DNA from: a virus
Lineage: Duplodnaviria > Caudoviricetes
DNA length: 57,366 nucleotides
Reading direction: 5' to 3' (one strand)
Virus record (IMG/VR): IMGVR_UViG_3300030102_004613
Location: 1 to 57,366 of that record
Both the position numbers and the translations under genes were made by a program. Below the pieces are notes generated by a model. It ran no database searches. It saw only the letters and a list, made by a program, of their open reading frames with translations, and had not been told where the DNA came from. Below, one piece after another: positions 43,902 to 57,366 of the stretch (the first letter of the stretch is position 1; every line of letters starts with the position of its first letter).

Positions 43902-46001
43902 ATGGCAGGACTGGTAGAAATAGAAGAGGAGATTATTGTAAATATATGTCCTGACAAAACCTCTGGTGAAGTAATCCTACACTTTGACTTACCGGTTCAA
44001 ATCCCTAAGAAGCCTCGTAAGAAGGATATATTATTTAACGACAGACCAAAAGCGGATCAGCGTTGGGAAAGAGTTCCTTTACCAGAGGACTTGCGAAACG
44101 TAAAATCTATGGAAGAGTGGATGACTATGCCGGATGCATTCCGAAAAAAATTCACTCCTTACATTACAGAAGAATTTAAAAGAAGAAGAAATGGAGTATG
44201 GTTTTACAACAACGGGATACCTACCTATATCACAGGTAACCACTACTTTTTCCTACAGTGGTGTAAGATTGACATCGGATATCCATCGTACCTCGACTTT
44301 CAAAGGAAACTATTCATACACCTTGAAGCCTGTGTAGCAGATCCTCGCTGCATAGGTCAGATATATGTGAAGTGTCGCCGTTCTGGGTACACTAATATGT
44401 CTGCAGCAATCATGGTCAACGAAGGAACCCAGGTGAAAGAGAAACTCCTGGGCATCATGTCTAAGACAGGTAAGGACGCTCAGGAAAACATCTTCATGAA
44501 AAAGGTGGTTCCTATATATAAGTCACTGCCTTTCTTCTTTAAACCTATACAAGATGGTACTACGAACCCCAGAGTGGAACTCGCTTTTAGAGAGCCTTCA
44601 AAGCGTATCACTAAAAAGAACAAAACTTCTTCCAGAGGAGAAGCGCTTAACACAATTATTAACTGGAAAAACACCACAAATAACGCATACGATGGGGAGA
44701 AACTCCACGTCTTGTATTTGGATGAGGCAGGTAAATGGGAGAAGGGTAATGATATACGAGAAGCCTGGAGGATACAGCGTACTTGTTTGCTTGTAGGTAG
44801 AAAGATTGTAGGCAAGGCAATGGTCGGTAGCACTGTCAACCCGCTTGACCGCGGTGGTTCTCAATACAGAGAGATGTATTACTACAGTGACGTCAACGAG
44901 AGAAACGATAACGGCAGAACAAAGACTGGATTATATGGAGTATTTATTCCTGCATACGAGGCACTTGAGGGATTCTTTGATTGTTATGGCATGCCTGTTA
45001 TTGACGACCCAGAAAAACCAATGATAGGATTAGAGGGTGAGTATATAAGCATAGGTGCAAAGACCTATCTGAAGAACGAGAGAAAGGGTCTTTCTGGAGA
45101 TTCATATGAACTCAATGAGGTGATTCGTCAGTTCCCTTTTACTGAGGCTGAGGCATTTAGGGATAGTGCCAAGGCATCTTTGTTTAATGTACAGAAAATA
45201 TACGAGCAAATAGAATATAACGAAGATCTGTATCCTTCACCAGTAATACGCGGAAACTTTGGTTGGAAAGATGGAGTGCAAGATAGTGAAGTAATTTTCA
45301 AGCCAGACGCTCTTGGCCGTTGGAGAGTGTCTTGGATGCCGCCCGCAGATCTAAGAAATAAACAGCGACCAGAGAACGACTGGCTCGGATGCGCAGGAGT
45401 CGATAGTTATGATCTTGATGCCACTGTTGATGGCCGAGGTTCTAAAGGAGCCTGTCATTTCTATAATAAATTTAACATGAAATATCCTTCAAATATGTTT
45501 GTAGCGGAGTATGCTTCACGCCCTCCTTTAGCCAAGATATTCTATGAAGATGTTTTGATGGCCGCCAAGTTTTACGGCTATCCTGTACTTATTGAGAATA
45601 ACAAATATGGAATCGCAAGGCATTTTGAATCAAGGGGTTACGATCAATTTTTATTAGATAGACCTCAGCATCTGGGCTCAAGAACTGGAATAAAAACTAA
45701 AACAAAAGGCATACCATCAAACTCACAAGATGTTATACAAGCACATGCTCAAGCGATTGAAGCATATATACATTCATACGTAGGATTAAATGAAGAAACA
45801 TTAGAGTACGGTAAAATGTATTTTGAAAGGACTCTTGAAGATTGGATTAATTTTAAAATTGACGATCGTACAAAATATGACCTTTCAATTTCAAGCGGAC
45901 TTGCATTGCTCGCAGCGCAAGGACATAAGATCGAAAAGCCTAAAGTAGATTTTAACAAAAAGCAATTCTTTAGAAAAGGTCAGATAATTTTGCGTAAATA
46001 A
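43902..46001 (+). CDS. terL: Terminase large subunit
   Basis: Walker A-like KCRRSGYT, Walker B LYLDEAGKW, GSTVN coupling motif, nuclease GVDSYD and IENNK. Confidence 0.9.
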   Translation: MAGLVEIEEEIIVNICPDKTSGEVILHFDLPVQIPKKPRKKDILFNDRPKADQRWERVPLPEDLRNVKSMEEWMTMPDAFRKKFTPYITEEFKRRRNGVWFYNNGIPTYITGNHYFFLQWCKIDIGYPSYLDFQRKLFIHLEACVADPRCIGQIYVKCRRSGYTNMSAAIMVNEGTQVKEKLLGIMSKTGKDAQENIFMKKVVPIYKSLPFFFKPIQDGTTNPRVELAFREPSKRITKKNKTSSRGEALNTIINWKNTTNNAYDGEKLHVLYLDEAGKWEKGNDIREAWRIQRTCLLVGRKIVGKAMVGSTVNPLDRGGSQYREMYYYSDVNERNDNGRTKTGLYGVFIPAYEALEGFFDCYGMPVIDDPEKPMIGLEGEYISIGAKTYLKNERKGLSGDSYELNEVIRQFPFTEAEAFRDSAKASLFNVQKIYEQIEYNEDLYPSPVIRGNFGWKDGVQDSEVIFKPDALGRWRVSWMPPADLRNKQRPENDWLGCAGVDSYDLDATVDGRGSKGACHFYNKFNMKYPSNMFVAEYASRPPLAKIFYEDVLMAAKFYGYPVLIENNKYGIARHFESRGYDQFLLDRPQHLGSRTGIKTKTKGIPSNSQDVIQAHAQAIEAYIHSYVGLNEETLEYGKMYFERTLEDWINFKIDDRTKYDLSISSGLALLAAQGHKIEKPKVDFNKKQFFRKGQIILRK

Positions 46002-46008
46002 TAAGAGG

Positions 46009-46016
46009 TATATTTG
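46009..46016 (+). promoter_or_regulatory. Bacteroidota -7 box upstream of portal
   Basis: TATATTTG 19 nt before ATG 46036. Confidence 0.6.
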
Positions 46017-46035
46017 CATAGCAGCAATTCTGAGT

Positions 46036-48468
46036 ATGGATAATCAATATAAAACAGGACAATCGTCTTTTCCTGATCCGTTGGCATCAACGCCGGAAAA
46101 AATGAGTCTTTCGTATGGTCTTCAATATGCGAAGGCTATGTACGCTCAATGGGTTGGTAGTGACTATCAGAATTCTTTATACGGAAGAAGAAACAGCGAG
46201 ATGGAACGCTGTAGAGACTACGCACAAGGAACACAAGACACCTCAATCTATAGACAAATATTAAATTCTTTAAACCCTAACAACGGGGATGGAACTCTTT
46301 TAACACTGGATTATACTCCAGTACCTATCGTTCCTAAGTTTGTTAAGATCGTAGTAAACAAAATTTTATCACGAGAACCATATCCACAATTAGAGGCTGT
46401 AGATCCCATTTCTAAATCAGAAAAGGATAAGAAGAAAAAATCAACAATATTGCGTATTGAAAATCGTGATATGATTGCAGAGGCAAAGTCACTGGGTCTA
46501 AATGTAAAAGTTGATCCAAAAAATTTGCCAGACACACCAGAGGAAACTGAGATATTCTTAGATACAAACATCAAGACAGACGCAGAGATATCTGCTCAGG
46601 TTGCTACCGAGATGACATTGAAGTGGAACAACTTCAACGAATCTATCTATCGTCGATGCGTCGAAGATCTTGCAGTGTTAGGAATGGGTGTTGCGAAACG
46701 CAGCAACGATCCTAACTACGGTATCAAAGAAGAGTATGTGGATCCAAAAAGGTTCCTACATAACTACACCGATGATCCAAACTTTAATGACCTGACTTAT
46801 GCGGGTCACTTTAAGTACATCACCATCATGGATCTTAAACGTATTGCCGGTAATCAATTTAGCGAAGAAAAATACGAGGAGATTGCAAAGACTGTGATGA
46901 ATAAGTATGGAAATAATCCAACACAATTCTCTTCATCAGGATACACATACGATCGCCCAGGCACTCGTTATCGCCAGGGTTATGACGAATACAAGATTGA
47001 GGTTCTTGATTTTGAATTCATGTCTGTGGATGATATTATCTACGAAAAGAAAGAGTCAGCGTATGGAAACATAGGCTTTTACTATAAAGGCAATGAGTAC
47101 AATGCACCTCAGCAATCTGTATACAACAGAGAAGCAGTGTACATGAAGAACGCCACGGTGTACGGCGGTACTTATATTGTAGGTACAGAGTGCATCTTTA
47201 ATTACGGACCAAAGAAAAACATCCCTAAAAACGTACATGACATTTCTCGCGCTCGTTTGTCATACAGTATTGTTGCTACAAATATTCGTGGGATGATTCC
47301 AAAATCAATGGTGTCTTCGGTTATTGGATTCGCAGACATGTTGCAGATTACTCATTTGAAATTGCAACAGTCTATCGCCAAGGCCAAGCCAGACGGTTTG
47401 ATCATTGATATAGAGGGTCTTGAAAATGTGCAGTTAGGACGAGGTGGAGAACTACAGCCACTTGAAATTCAAGACATATACGAGCAAACTGGTATCTTTT
47501 ACTACAGAAGTAAAAACCCAGAAGGCGGTTTCCAAAACCCTCCAGTAAGAGAGATCGGAAATGCTATTCGTAATATTCAAGAGTTGGTGGCATTGTATAA
47601 TCACTATCTCAGAATGATCCGTGATGCCACGGGTATCAATGAAGTTATGGACGGCACAACTCCAAAAGGAGAAGCCTTAGTAGGAGTTCGTCAGCAACAA
47701 TTGATCGCCGGTAATAATGCAATACACGACATCACTAATGCTGCACAAGTATTGTACAAAAAGGTTTGTGAAGATATTGTAAGATGTTTACAAGTGATAC
47801 CTCCTGAAAGTATTCTATATAAAGCGTATACAAACGCTGTAGGTGAAACTAATATGTCAGTGATAAGTTCATTTGATAATCTATCGATGTACAACTTTGG
47901 GGTAGTTGTTGTTTCTGAAATGAATGAAGCAGACAAAGTTTACTTGGAGCAAAACATTCAAACAGCGTTGGCTCAAAAAGAAATAGATCTTGAAGATGCA
48001 ATTGCTATTCGTCAGATTAAAGATGTCGAACAAGCAGAACGCCTTCTTGTAGTTCGTAGAAAGAAACGAATCAAACAACAACAAGAGATGGCTGCACAAC
48101 AAGCGCAACTACAAGCGCAGTCTAATGCACAGGCTGCACAAGTTGCCGCACAGGCAGACATGCAAAAAGAACAATTAAAAGCGCAGATAGAAGCACAACG
48201 TATTCAGTTGGAGACACAATCAAAAGCGCAATTGATTGATTTAGAATACCAATACAAAATCCAAATCGAGCAACTAAAAGGTCAGTATGGTGTGGTCGAA
48301 CAAGAGATTGAAAGCGGAGTGAAAGCCCAGGAAAATCGAGAAGCAGAAAACAGAAAAGATGCGCGTATCGAAAAACAGGCTATTGCCCAAAGTAAGTTGA
48401 TTGCTCAACGCCAAGGACAAAGAGCGCCACTCGAAGAGGAGATAAACATTAACACCTTAAATCTCTAA
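46036..48468 (+). CDS. Portal protein
   Basis: 810 aa after TerL; LDYTPVPIVPKFVKIVVN, MIRDATGINE..DG, long Gln/Ala coiled-coil barrel at the C-terminus. Confidence 0.9.
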   Translation: MDNQYKTGQSSFPDPLASTPEKMSLSYGLQYAKAMYAQWVGSDYQNSLYGRRNSEMERCRDYAQGTQDTSIYRQILNSLNPNNGDGTLLTLDYTPVPIVPKFVKIVVNKILSREPYPQLEAVDPISKSEKDKKKKSTILRIENRDMIAEAKSLGLNVKVDPKNLPDTPEETEIFLDTNIKTDAEISAQVATEMTLKWNNFNESIYRRCVEDLAVLGMGVAKRSNDPNYGIKEEYVDPKRFLHNYTDDPNFNDLTYAGHFKYITIMDLKRIAGNQFSEEKYEEIAKTVMNKYGNNPTQFSSSGYTYDRPGTRYRQGYDEYKIEVLDFEFMSVDDIIYEKKESAYGNIGFYYKGNEYNAPQQSVYNREAVYMKNATVYGGTYIVGTECIFNYGPKKNIPKNVHDISRARLSYSIVATNIRGMIPKSMVSSVIGFADMLQITHLKLQQSIAKAKPDGLIIDIEGLENVQLGRGGELQPLEIQDIYEQTGIFYYRSKNPEGGFQNPPVREIGNAIRNIQELVALYNHYLRMIRDATGINEVMDGTTPKGEALVGVRQQQLIAGNNAIHDITNAAQVLYKKVCEDIVRCLQVIPPESILYKAYTNAVGETNMSVISSFDNLSMYNFGVVVVSEMNEADKVYLEQNIQTALAQKEIDLEDAIAIRQIKDVEQAERLLVVRRKKRIKQQQEMAAQQAQLQAQSNAQAAQVAAQADMQKEQLKAQIEAQRIQLETQSKAQLIDLEYQYKIQIEQLKGQYGVVEQEIESGVKAQENREAENRKDARIEKQAIAQSKLIAQRQGQRAPLEEEININTLNL

Positions 48469-48471
48469 ACT

Positions 48472-48881
48472 ATGTCGTGCTCAACTTGCGGATCTGGGGC
48501 TTGCGGCTGTAGCAATCCATCTAATGTAAATCTTAATAATGCAGCACAAGTAAACATCTGTGCTCGTCGTGGTGATACTTTTGTTTTAACATCAAACGTA
48601 AAAGACTCAGACGGAAACGCTCTTGATTTAAGAACGCCCACGATATACAACTACAAGATGGAGGTTCGTGAATACGATGACGGTCCTCTTATCATTACAA
48701 GTTCTAATATTACAATTTCTGGAACTGATGCAGGTGTATTGACGGTAACTATATCTGCTACTAACATGCAGGTTAACGCAGGAACATACGTTTATGGATT
48801 ACAGGCTACACTTGTTTCGGACAGTAGCGTTGAAACGTGGCTCTACGGAACCTTTGATGTGGTACAAGATATAGTTCAGTA

Positions 48882-48882
<1 letters not shown>
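48472..48882 (+). CDS. Fibre-attachment/adaptor protein (BppU N-terminal-like Ig fold)
   Basis: RRGDTF...D.DGNALDL...KMEVR...GTYVYGLQ...WLYGTF; N-terminal [11 protein letters not shown]. Confidence 0.6.
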
Positions 48883-52501
<3,619 letters not shown>

Positions 52502-52502
<1 letters not shown>

Positions 52503-52714
52503 TGGCTACAGAAGAAAAGTTTTATATAAAGAAACCAGAAGACGGTACACGACTGAGCACTACAGGTTCGTTTGGATGGAACATCGATCCAGACGATCCT
52601 TCTACTTATGATCAGACACTTTACTTCACTACGAAGCAAGAGGCTTTGAACGAAGTAGATAGATTAGCAGCCGGTGAATATGTTATTAACTCTGTCTTTG
52701 TCAAAACCAATTAG
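52502..52714 (+). CDS. Small protein, possible fibre chaperone or tip
   Basis: 70 aa, coupled to the collagen stop. Confidence 0.55.
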
Positions 52715-52761
52715 ATAGTCTATATTTAGTGGTGCTAATTAAATTAAATACGTATCACTAA

Positions 52762-53316
52762 ATGCACATCAGCACCTTCATTGTAGACAACTTCTACGAG
52801 GATGTAGACAGCGTTCGTCAGTTTGCGCTTGATCAGGACTTCAATATAGTTGGTAACTTTCCTGGAGCCAGGACTAAAAGTTTTTGGACTCAAAGCGCAA
52901 AGGATATTATCGAAAGCATTATCGCTCCTAAGTTTGGCAGCATAACCTATTGGCCCGACGAATACAATGGTGCTTATCAAATCACTACAGCAGAAAATCG
53001 TTCTTGGATACACTCAGACGGAGAGACAAAATGGGCGGGGGTTGTTTATCTAACCCCTAACGCTCCGCTTTCTTCAGGTACTGGTTTCTATAGACATAAA
53101 GCCACTGGATTAACAGAGCCAAACTCAAACAAAGGAGAGTGGGACAACGAGGCTCAGGACGTAACTAAATGGGAATTGGTTAGTCAAATAGGAAATGTAT
53201 ACAACAGGCTTATTCTATATAGAGGCAAACAATTTCATACATCTATGGACTACTTCGGTAATGATATGACTACGGGTAGGTTGTTCCAAACATTCTTTTT
53301 CAGCACAGAGTCATGA
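52762..53316 (+). CDS. 2OG-Fe(II) oxygenase (DUF6445-like)
   Basis: IVDNFYED.D.VR..AL, WIHSD, WAGVVYLTP..P..SGTGFY, YNRLILYRG..FH, RLFQTFF. Confidence 0.85.
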   Translation: MHISTFIVDNFYEDVDSVRQFALDQDFNIVGNFPGARTKSFWTQSAKDIIESIIAPKFGSITYWPDEYNGAYQITTAENRSWIHSDGETKWAGVVYLTPNAPLSSGTGFYRHKATGLTEPNSNKGEWDNEAQDVTKWELVSQIGNVYNRLILYRGKQFHTSMDYFGNDMTTGRLFQTFFFSTES

Positions 53317-55547
53317 AGATAATATTTCATGCAGGCTACTACGCAGAGCCATGGGACGCAAGCACAGATGGACTCGGAGGAACTGAGCAGTGCATTATAA
53401 ATCTATCAATAGAGTTTGCTGATCAGGGACACACGGTGTTTGTTGTGGGTGAGGTGAATGAAATTGAAATAGGAAAGGTTCAGTATGTCCCACTATCAAA
53501 ATCTCACACGATCCAGAACCCAGACGTAATCGTTGGTGTATCGTATTTACATTATTTGAATTATTACAAGATAAACCCAGGGACCAAGACCATATTCTGG
53601 CTACACAATGAGTTGCCATACTACTGGTACAGAGGTGAGCGAATGTCAGATCAGGAGATACAAGACGCGTACAACAACACTGATAAGGTTGTATGCCTAA
53701 CGGATTGGCACAAGCAAGTATTCTTAAAACAAGAGACAGCGTTTGTGCACAGTAATAAGGTTGACATCATAGGCAATGGTATAAACGAATCCTTAATACA
53801 GCCAGTTGCTGAAAAGGAATCAGGTTCTTTTGTGTATACATCACATCCCGAAAGAGGGTTAGAAAATGTCCTTTCTGATTTCGATAAAAAATATATTGAA
53901 GGTCATCTACATATATGTACACCCTCGTATGGTGTAGATTATTTTGAAACACATTACAGGAGTCGTGTAGAGTCTATGGAAAATGTAACGTATCACGGCA
54001 ATCTTTCTGTAGCAGATTTATATAGTCTTTTGTCACGGATGGAGACTTGGTATTACCCTACTGACTACAATGAAACCTACTGCATAACAGCGTTAGAAAT
54101 GTTGGCTCATCATGTCAAGCCATTAGTAAATCCGATCGCAGGACTGGAAGAAACTATTAATGGATTCAACTCTCCTAATATAAAGTGGGATGAAGTTGAT
54201 GAGTATATAGAAAGATGTTGGTGGGTAAATGTATGTCGCGAATGGAAAGACTTGATGGAAAGTGATTTACAACCAGAGGTAGACATGACATATATCATCA
54301 CCCTCGACATAAGTAAGGAGCAGGAACTCAAAGAGCGTTTCGCCTCCTTTGGTCTTGACAGCGCTGTTACTATTGTATTGGGATGCAACGGGCACACTGG
54401 TGAGAACATTCCAGATCAATACGAGGTTTGTAATCACTGGAAAATAGAAGGTCATGAAAACGGATGGTGGAATAGAAATGTAATGCCCGGAGAAGTAGGT
54501 TGTGCGCTGTCTCACATACAAGTATGGAAAGACGCATACAATAAGGGTTATAAAAAAATTCTAATATTAGAAGAAGACTTTGAGGTTCTTAATAAGTTCA
54601 ATCCAGATTTGTTGGAAACGGATTACGACTGGACCTTGTTTTATCTCGGCTGTAATTTTCCAGAAGAGCCAAAATCCATATCAGAGCATCATGTAAGCCC
54701 AAGACTAACGTACTGCACTCATTCTTATATGTTGACCAGAGAGGGCTGCAGATTGTTGCTTGAGCAGAATTTTGACCAGTATGTTTTTGCTGTAGACGAA
54801 TTCCTTAGTGCCACCTTTTCAGAACACCCAAGGGGCGACCTTAATTTTATTACCAGAGACACAAGAGCAATAGCGTTAAAAAAGGAATATCACATGTTCA
54901 AGCAGAAAGACCAAGAAACGAAAGTACATAAGGTGTATGATTATACTAAAGATCTATTGCGCAATATACCGTACAATGAGTTTGTAGAAAGGTTTGTCAC
55001 ATACAGTGCAAGGCTAAGAGAGTATGATTTAATTGTAGATGAACCATTTGATGACATCTATGTATTTCCGTTGTTTACCGAGGAGTTTTGTAAACTCTTA
55101 ATTCAAGAGGCTAACGATTCAAACAAGTGGACCGAAAAGCGTCACGACTATTATCCCGCTACAGATATGTTAATCACTGAACTTGGACTTCAGTGGTATT
55201 ATCAAAGAATACTAAAGGAGTATGTATATCCAGTTGCAATACACATGTGGCACCTTGAAGGAAAGGGATGGGATGTAATGAAGAGTGAAAACTTTATAAT
55301 CAAGTACGAAGAGACAGTACAAGGACATCTTTCGTTGCACCACGATTATGCAGACATTTCCTGTGTGCTTGCCCTTAACGAAGAGTATGAGGGCGGAGGT
55401 ACCTACTTTAGTAAACAAAAAAAATTACACAAGGGTAAGACTGGGTATATTTCTATTCATCCATCTCAGGTTACCCACCGTCATGGAGCACGACCGGTTG
55501 TAAAAGGAGAGAGATATGTGCTTGTATCATTTTGTAAAAAACCATAG
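53313..55547 (+). CDS. Fusion of GT-B glycosyltransferase, GT25 (COLGALT-like) glycosyltransferase and PLOD-type lysyl hydroxylase
   Basis: GT-B: GLGGTEQ, YTSHPERGL, ETYCITALE; GT25: GEVGCALSH..VW, ILILEEDF, THSYMLTREG..LL, VDEFL; LH: DIYVFPLFTEEFC, LSLHHD, EYEGGGTYF, HPSQVTHRHGARPV..GERYVLVSF. Confidence 0.85.
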   Translation: MKIIFHAGYYAEPWDASTDGLGGTEQCIINLSIEFADQGHTVFVVGEVNEIEIGKVQYVPLSKSHTIQNPDVIVGVSYLHYLNYYKINPGTKTIFWLHNELPYYWYRGERMSDQEIQDAYNNTDKVVCLTDWHKQVFLKQETAFVHSNKVDIIGNGINESLIQPVAEKESGSFVYTSHPERGLENVLSDFDKKYIEGHLHICTPSYGVDYFETHYRSRVESMENVTYHGNLSVADLYSLLSRMETWYYPTDYNETYCITALEMLAHHVKPLVNPIAGLEETINGFNSPNIKWDEVDEYIERCWWVNVCREWKDLMESDLQPEVDMTYIITLDISKEQELKERFASFGLDSAVTIVLGCNGHTGENIPDQYEVCNHWKIEGHENGWWNRNVMPGEVGCALSHIQVWKDAYNKGYKKILILEEDFEVLNKFNPDLLETDYDWTLFYLGCNFPEEPKSISEHHVSPRLTYCTHSYMLTREGCRLLLEQNFDQYVFAVDEFLSATFSEHPRGDLNFITRDTRAIALKKEYHMFKQKDQETKVHKVYDYTKDLLRNIPYNEFVERFVTYSARLREYDLIVDEPFDDIYVFPLFTEEFCKLLIQEANDSNKWTEKRHDYYPATDMLITELGLQWYYQRILKEYVYPVAIHMWHLEGKGWDVMKSENFIIKYEETVQGHLSLHHDYADISCVLALNEEYEGGGTYFSKQKKLHKGKTGYISIHPSQVTHRHGARPVVKGERYVLVSFCKKP

Positions 55548-55549
55548 CC

Positions 55550-56164
55550 ATGGAATTAGTACCATATTTTACACAAGAGAACCAACCAGATATGACTGGG
55601 TGGTATTATTTTGAGAAAGCATTTAATACAGAGGAGGTTGAGGATATCCTAAAACTAACTGAAGGATTTCCTTATCAAGCCGCACAGATTGCGGGCAAGG
55701 ACATGGACTTGACCGAGTATCGTAAATCAAATATAAAATGGATAAGCGCATTAGACAGCGCTAATAATTCTATACACAGAACTCATTGGTTGTATGACCG
55801 CTTGATGTCCTACATGACGATTGCCAACGACAATTTGTGGAACTTTTCTTTACGAGGACTTACTGATAGTATTCAGTATACAGAATATCACGGAGAAGAA
55901 GAAGGTTTTTATGATTGGCATCTTGATATAGGTCCGAGAGAGTTGTCTATAAGAAAGTTGTCTTTGGTGGTGCAACTCAGTGACCCGAAGGATTACACAG
56001 GGGGAGAACTACAAATAAAAACAGGAAAGTATGATAGCGTTCCGTCAAAGACACAGGGCACGGTTATTGTCTTTCCTTCTTACCTGCTGCACAGGGTAAC
56101 GCCAGTAACCTCTGGTATTCGTAAATCTTTAGTACTGTGGGCCGGCGGAGAAAGCCTCAAGTAA
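55550..56164 (+). CDS. 2OG-Fe(II) oxygenase (PKHD/prolyl-hydroxylase-like)
   Basis: YDWHLD, RKLSLVVQLSDP.DY.GGEL, FPSYLLHRVTPVTSGIRKSLV.W. Confidence 0.9.
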   Translation: MELVPYFTQENQPDMTGWYYFEKAFNTEEVEDILKLTEGFPYQAAQIAGKDMDLTEYRKSNIKWISALDSANNSIHRTHWLYDRLMSYMTIANDNLWNFSLRGLTDSIQYTEYHGEEEGFYDWHLDIGPRELSIRKLSLVVQLSDPKDYTGGELQIKTGKYDSVPSKTQGTVIVFPSYLLHRVTPVTSGIRKSLVLWAGGESLK

Positions 56165-56170
56165 AGTCCT

Positions 56171-56178
56171 TATATTTG
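56171..56178 (+). promoter_or_regulatory. Bacteroidota -7 box
   Basis: TATATTTG 4 nt before ATG 56183. Confidence 0.55.
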
Positions 56179-56182
56179 CCTT

Positions 56183-56473
56183 ATGGCAAGTAAGTATTCT
56201 AATTTTCTAAAACGTCACGGTCTTAAAGGTTTTAACAAGCCTAAACGTACACCAAATCATCCTAAAAAATCACACGTTGTTGCAGCAAAAGAAGGCGACA
56301 AAATAAAACTAATTAGATTTGGACAGCAGGGCGCTAAAACAGCGGGCAAGCCAAAACCTGGCGAGTCTGATCGTATGAAGAAGAAGCGTGCTTCTTTCAA
56401 AGCGCGTCATAGAAAAAACATAAAGAAAGGCAAGATGTCTGCTGCTTACTGGGCTAATAAAGTTAAATGGTAA
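56183..56473 (+). CDS. Small highly basic conserved phage protein
   Basis: GFNKPKRTPNHPKKSHVV..KLIRFGQQG..SFKARH..SAAYWANKVKW. Confidence 0.75.
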   Translation: MASKYSNFLKRHGLKGFNKPKRTPNHPKKSHVVAAKEGDKIKLIRFGQQGAKTAGKPKPGESDRMKKKRASFKARHRKNIKKGKMSAAYWANKVKW

Positions 56474-56658
56474 TGGCTAAGAAGTATAGATCTAAAGTAA
56501 ACGAGGCGGGTAACTACACTAAACCAGGAATGCGTAAGCGTTTGTTTGAATCAATAAAGGCAGGCGGTAAAGGCGGTCGTCCAGGGCAGTGGTCTGCGCG
56601 TAAAGCACAGATGTTGGCAAAACAGTATAAAGCAAAAGGAGGAGGTTACAAAAACTAA
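56473..56658 (+). CDS. Small highly basic conserved phage protein
   Basis: NYTKPGMRKRLF..GGRPGQWSARKAQMLAKQYKAKGGGY; start MAKKY coupled to the previous stop. Confidence 0.7.
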   Translation: MAKKYRSKVNEAGNYTKPGMRKRLFESIKAGGKGGRPGQWSARKAQMLAKQYKAKGGGYKN

Positions 56659-56894
56659 TGGCGCTTCGTAAATCACAAAAGTCCTTAAAGGATTGGACTA
56701 AACAAAAATGGAGAACCTCTGACGGTAGTAAGTCAGAAGGTAAAAAGCGTTATTTGCCAGATGCTGCATGGAAGGCTCTTTCTGCTGCCGAGAAGGCTGC
56801 GACAAACAGAGCCAAAGCAGAGGGTAACAGAAGAGGAAAACAATTCGTGGCTCAACCTGATAAGATCAAGAAGAAGGTTAAACGTTTCCGATAA
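56658..56894 (+). CDS. Small highly basic conserved phage protein (DUF5872-like)
   Basis: SQKSLKDWTKQKWRT..RYLP.AAW.ALS..EKAATNRAK..GKQFV.QP. Confidence 0.7.
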   Translation: MALRKSQKSLKDWTKQKWRTSDGSKSEGKKRYLPDAAWKALSAAEKAATNRAKAEGNRRGKQFVAQPDKIKKKVKRFR

Positions 56895-57036
56895 TAGACG
56901 CACATTTATTTACTATGCGTGCATACAATTCTGATTTGTTTTTTGTACGCACCATATTACTTGCCGCGTAATCCGCAATCTTCGTAATGACCGATTTACT
57001 TTCTACGGTCATTTGTGATTCGTAATTAGTTTTCAT
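56878..57036 (-). CDS. Possible 52-aa protein
   Basis: Translated by hand: MKTNYESQMTVESKSVITKIADYAASNMVRTKNKSELYARIVNKCASIIGNV; fills an otherwise empty gap. Confidence 0.35.
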   Translation of the reverse strand: MKTNYESQMTVESKSVITKIADYAASNMVRTKNKSELYARIVNKCASIIGNV

Positions 57037-57105
57037 TGTATTTAATTCACTCCAATAAACCTACATAACATTCATTAAATTTACAAATCTAAAAGTTGCA
57101 ACAAG

Positions 57106-57366
57106 ATGATGAATGAAAAACTAAAACAAATGTACGCGTCTGGAGGTATGCTTAAAGCCTTGCTTAAAGATCCAAAACAGCGCGACATGGCTAAGAAACT
57201 CATCAAGGAATTTGAGATGGGTGGAAAAATGAAGTACGGCAAAGGCGGTATGATGGAGTATGGAAAAGGTGGCATGACTGAAAAGGCAATGAAAACCATG
57301 CTCGGAGCGCCTGCGGGACTTAAACCTGGCGCAAAAGATGCACCATCAATGATGGGTGGAGGCATA
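57106..57366 (+). CDS. 5' part of small Met/Gly/Lys-rich protein with [YFM]xxGG repeats (continues through base 117)
   Basis: MMNEKLKQMYASGGMLKALLKDPKQRDMAKKLIKEFEMGGKMKYGKGGMMEYGKGGM...; open across the junction. Confidence 0.8.
   Translation, partial: MMNEKLKQMYASGGMLKALLKDPKQRDMAKKLIKEFEMGGKMKYGKGGMMEYGKGGMTEKAMKTMLGAPAGLKPGAKDAPSMMGGGI
57268..57365. repeat. Terminal direct repeat (assembly overlap), right copy
   Basis: Identical to 1-98. Confidence 0.95.

Noticed and set aside
57268-57366. Biological direct terminal repeat
   Set aside because: The ~99-nt length is typical of an assembler k-mer overlap and it falls mid-gene; treated as a circularisation artefact.

Overview
The window is a complete, circularly assembled genome (~57.27 kb) of a tailed, podovirus-like dsDNA phage: bases 1-98 recur at 57268-57365 and one gene reads through the junction. 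Twelve TAnnTTTG boxes just upstream of operon starts, plus A-rich leaders lacking Shine-Dalgarno sequences, point to a Bacteroidota (probably flavobacterial) host. The + strand carries a morphogenesis block resembling crAss-like/Flavobacteriia podoviruses (GroES-like protein, terminase, portal, scaffold, capsid, ring and tail-stabilisation proteins, three ejection proteins, lysis cassette with u-spanin). The - strand carries early genes and a recombination/replication block (SSAP, exonuclease, SSB, primase-helicase, RusA-like resolvase). I found no DNA polymerase, RNA polymerase, integrase or canonical tRNA. The standout system is a ~296-triplet collagen fibre followed by a GT-B/GT25/PLOD-type lysyl-hydroxylase fusion flanked by two more 2OG-Fe(II) oxygenases, i.e. 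an animal/Mimivirus-style collagen hydroxylation-glycosylation pathway in a bacteriophage. Elements missing from the ORF track include: a probable -1 slippage site and a fully nested gene in the largest ejection gene; two D-arm-less tRNA-like RNAs and two rod-shaped ncRNA candidates; a 21-aa 9-Cys peptide; a stand-alone RNR-tail-like CxxC peptide; and a VapA-like gene whose start I re-assigned. All family assignments come from motif recognition by eye; no database searches were run.
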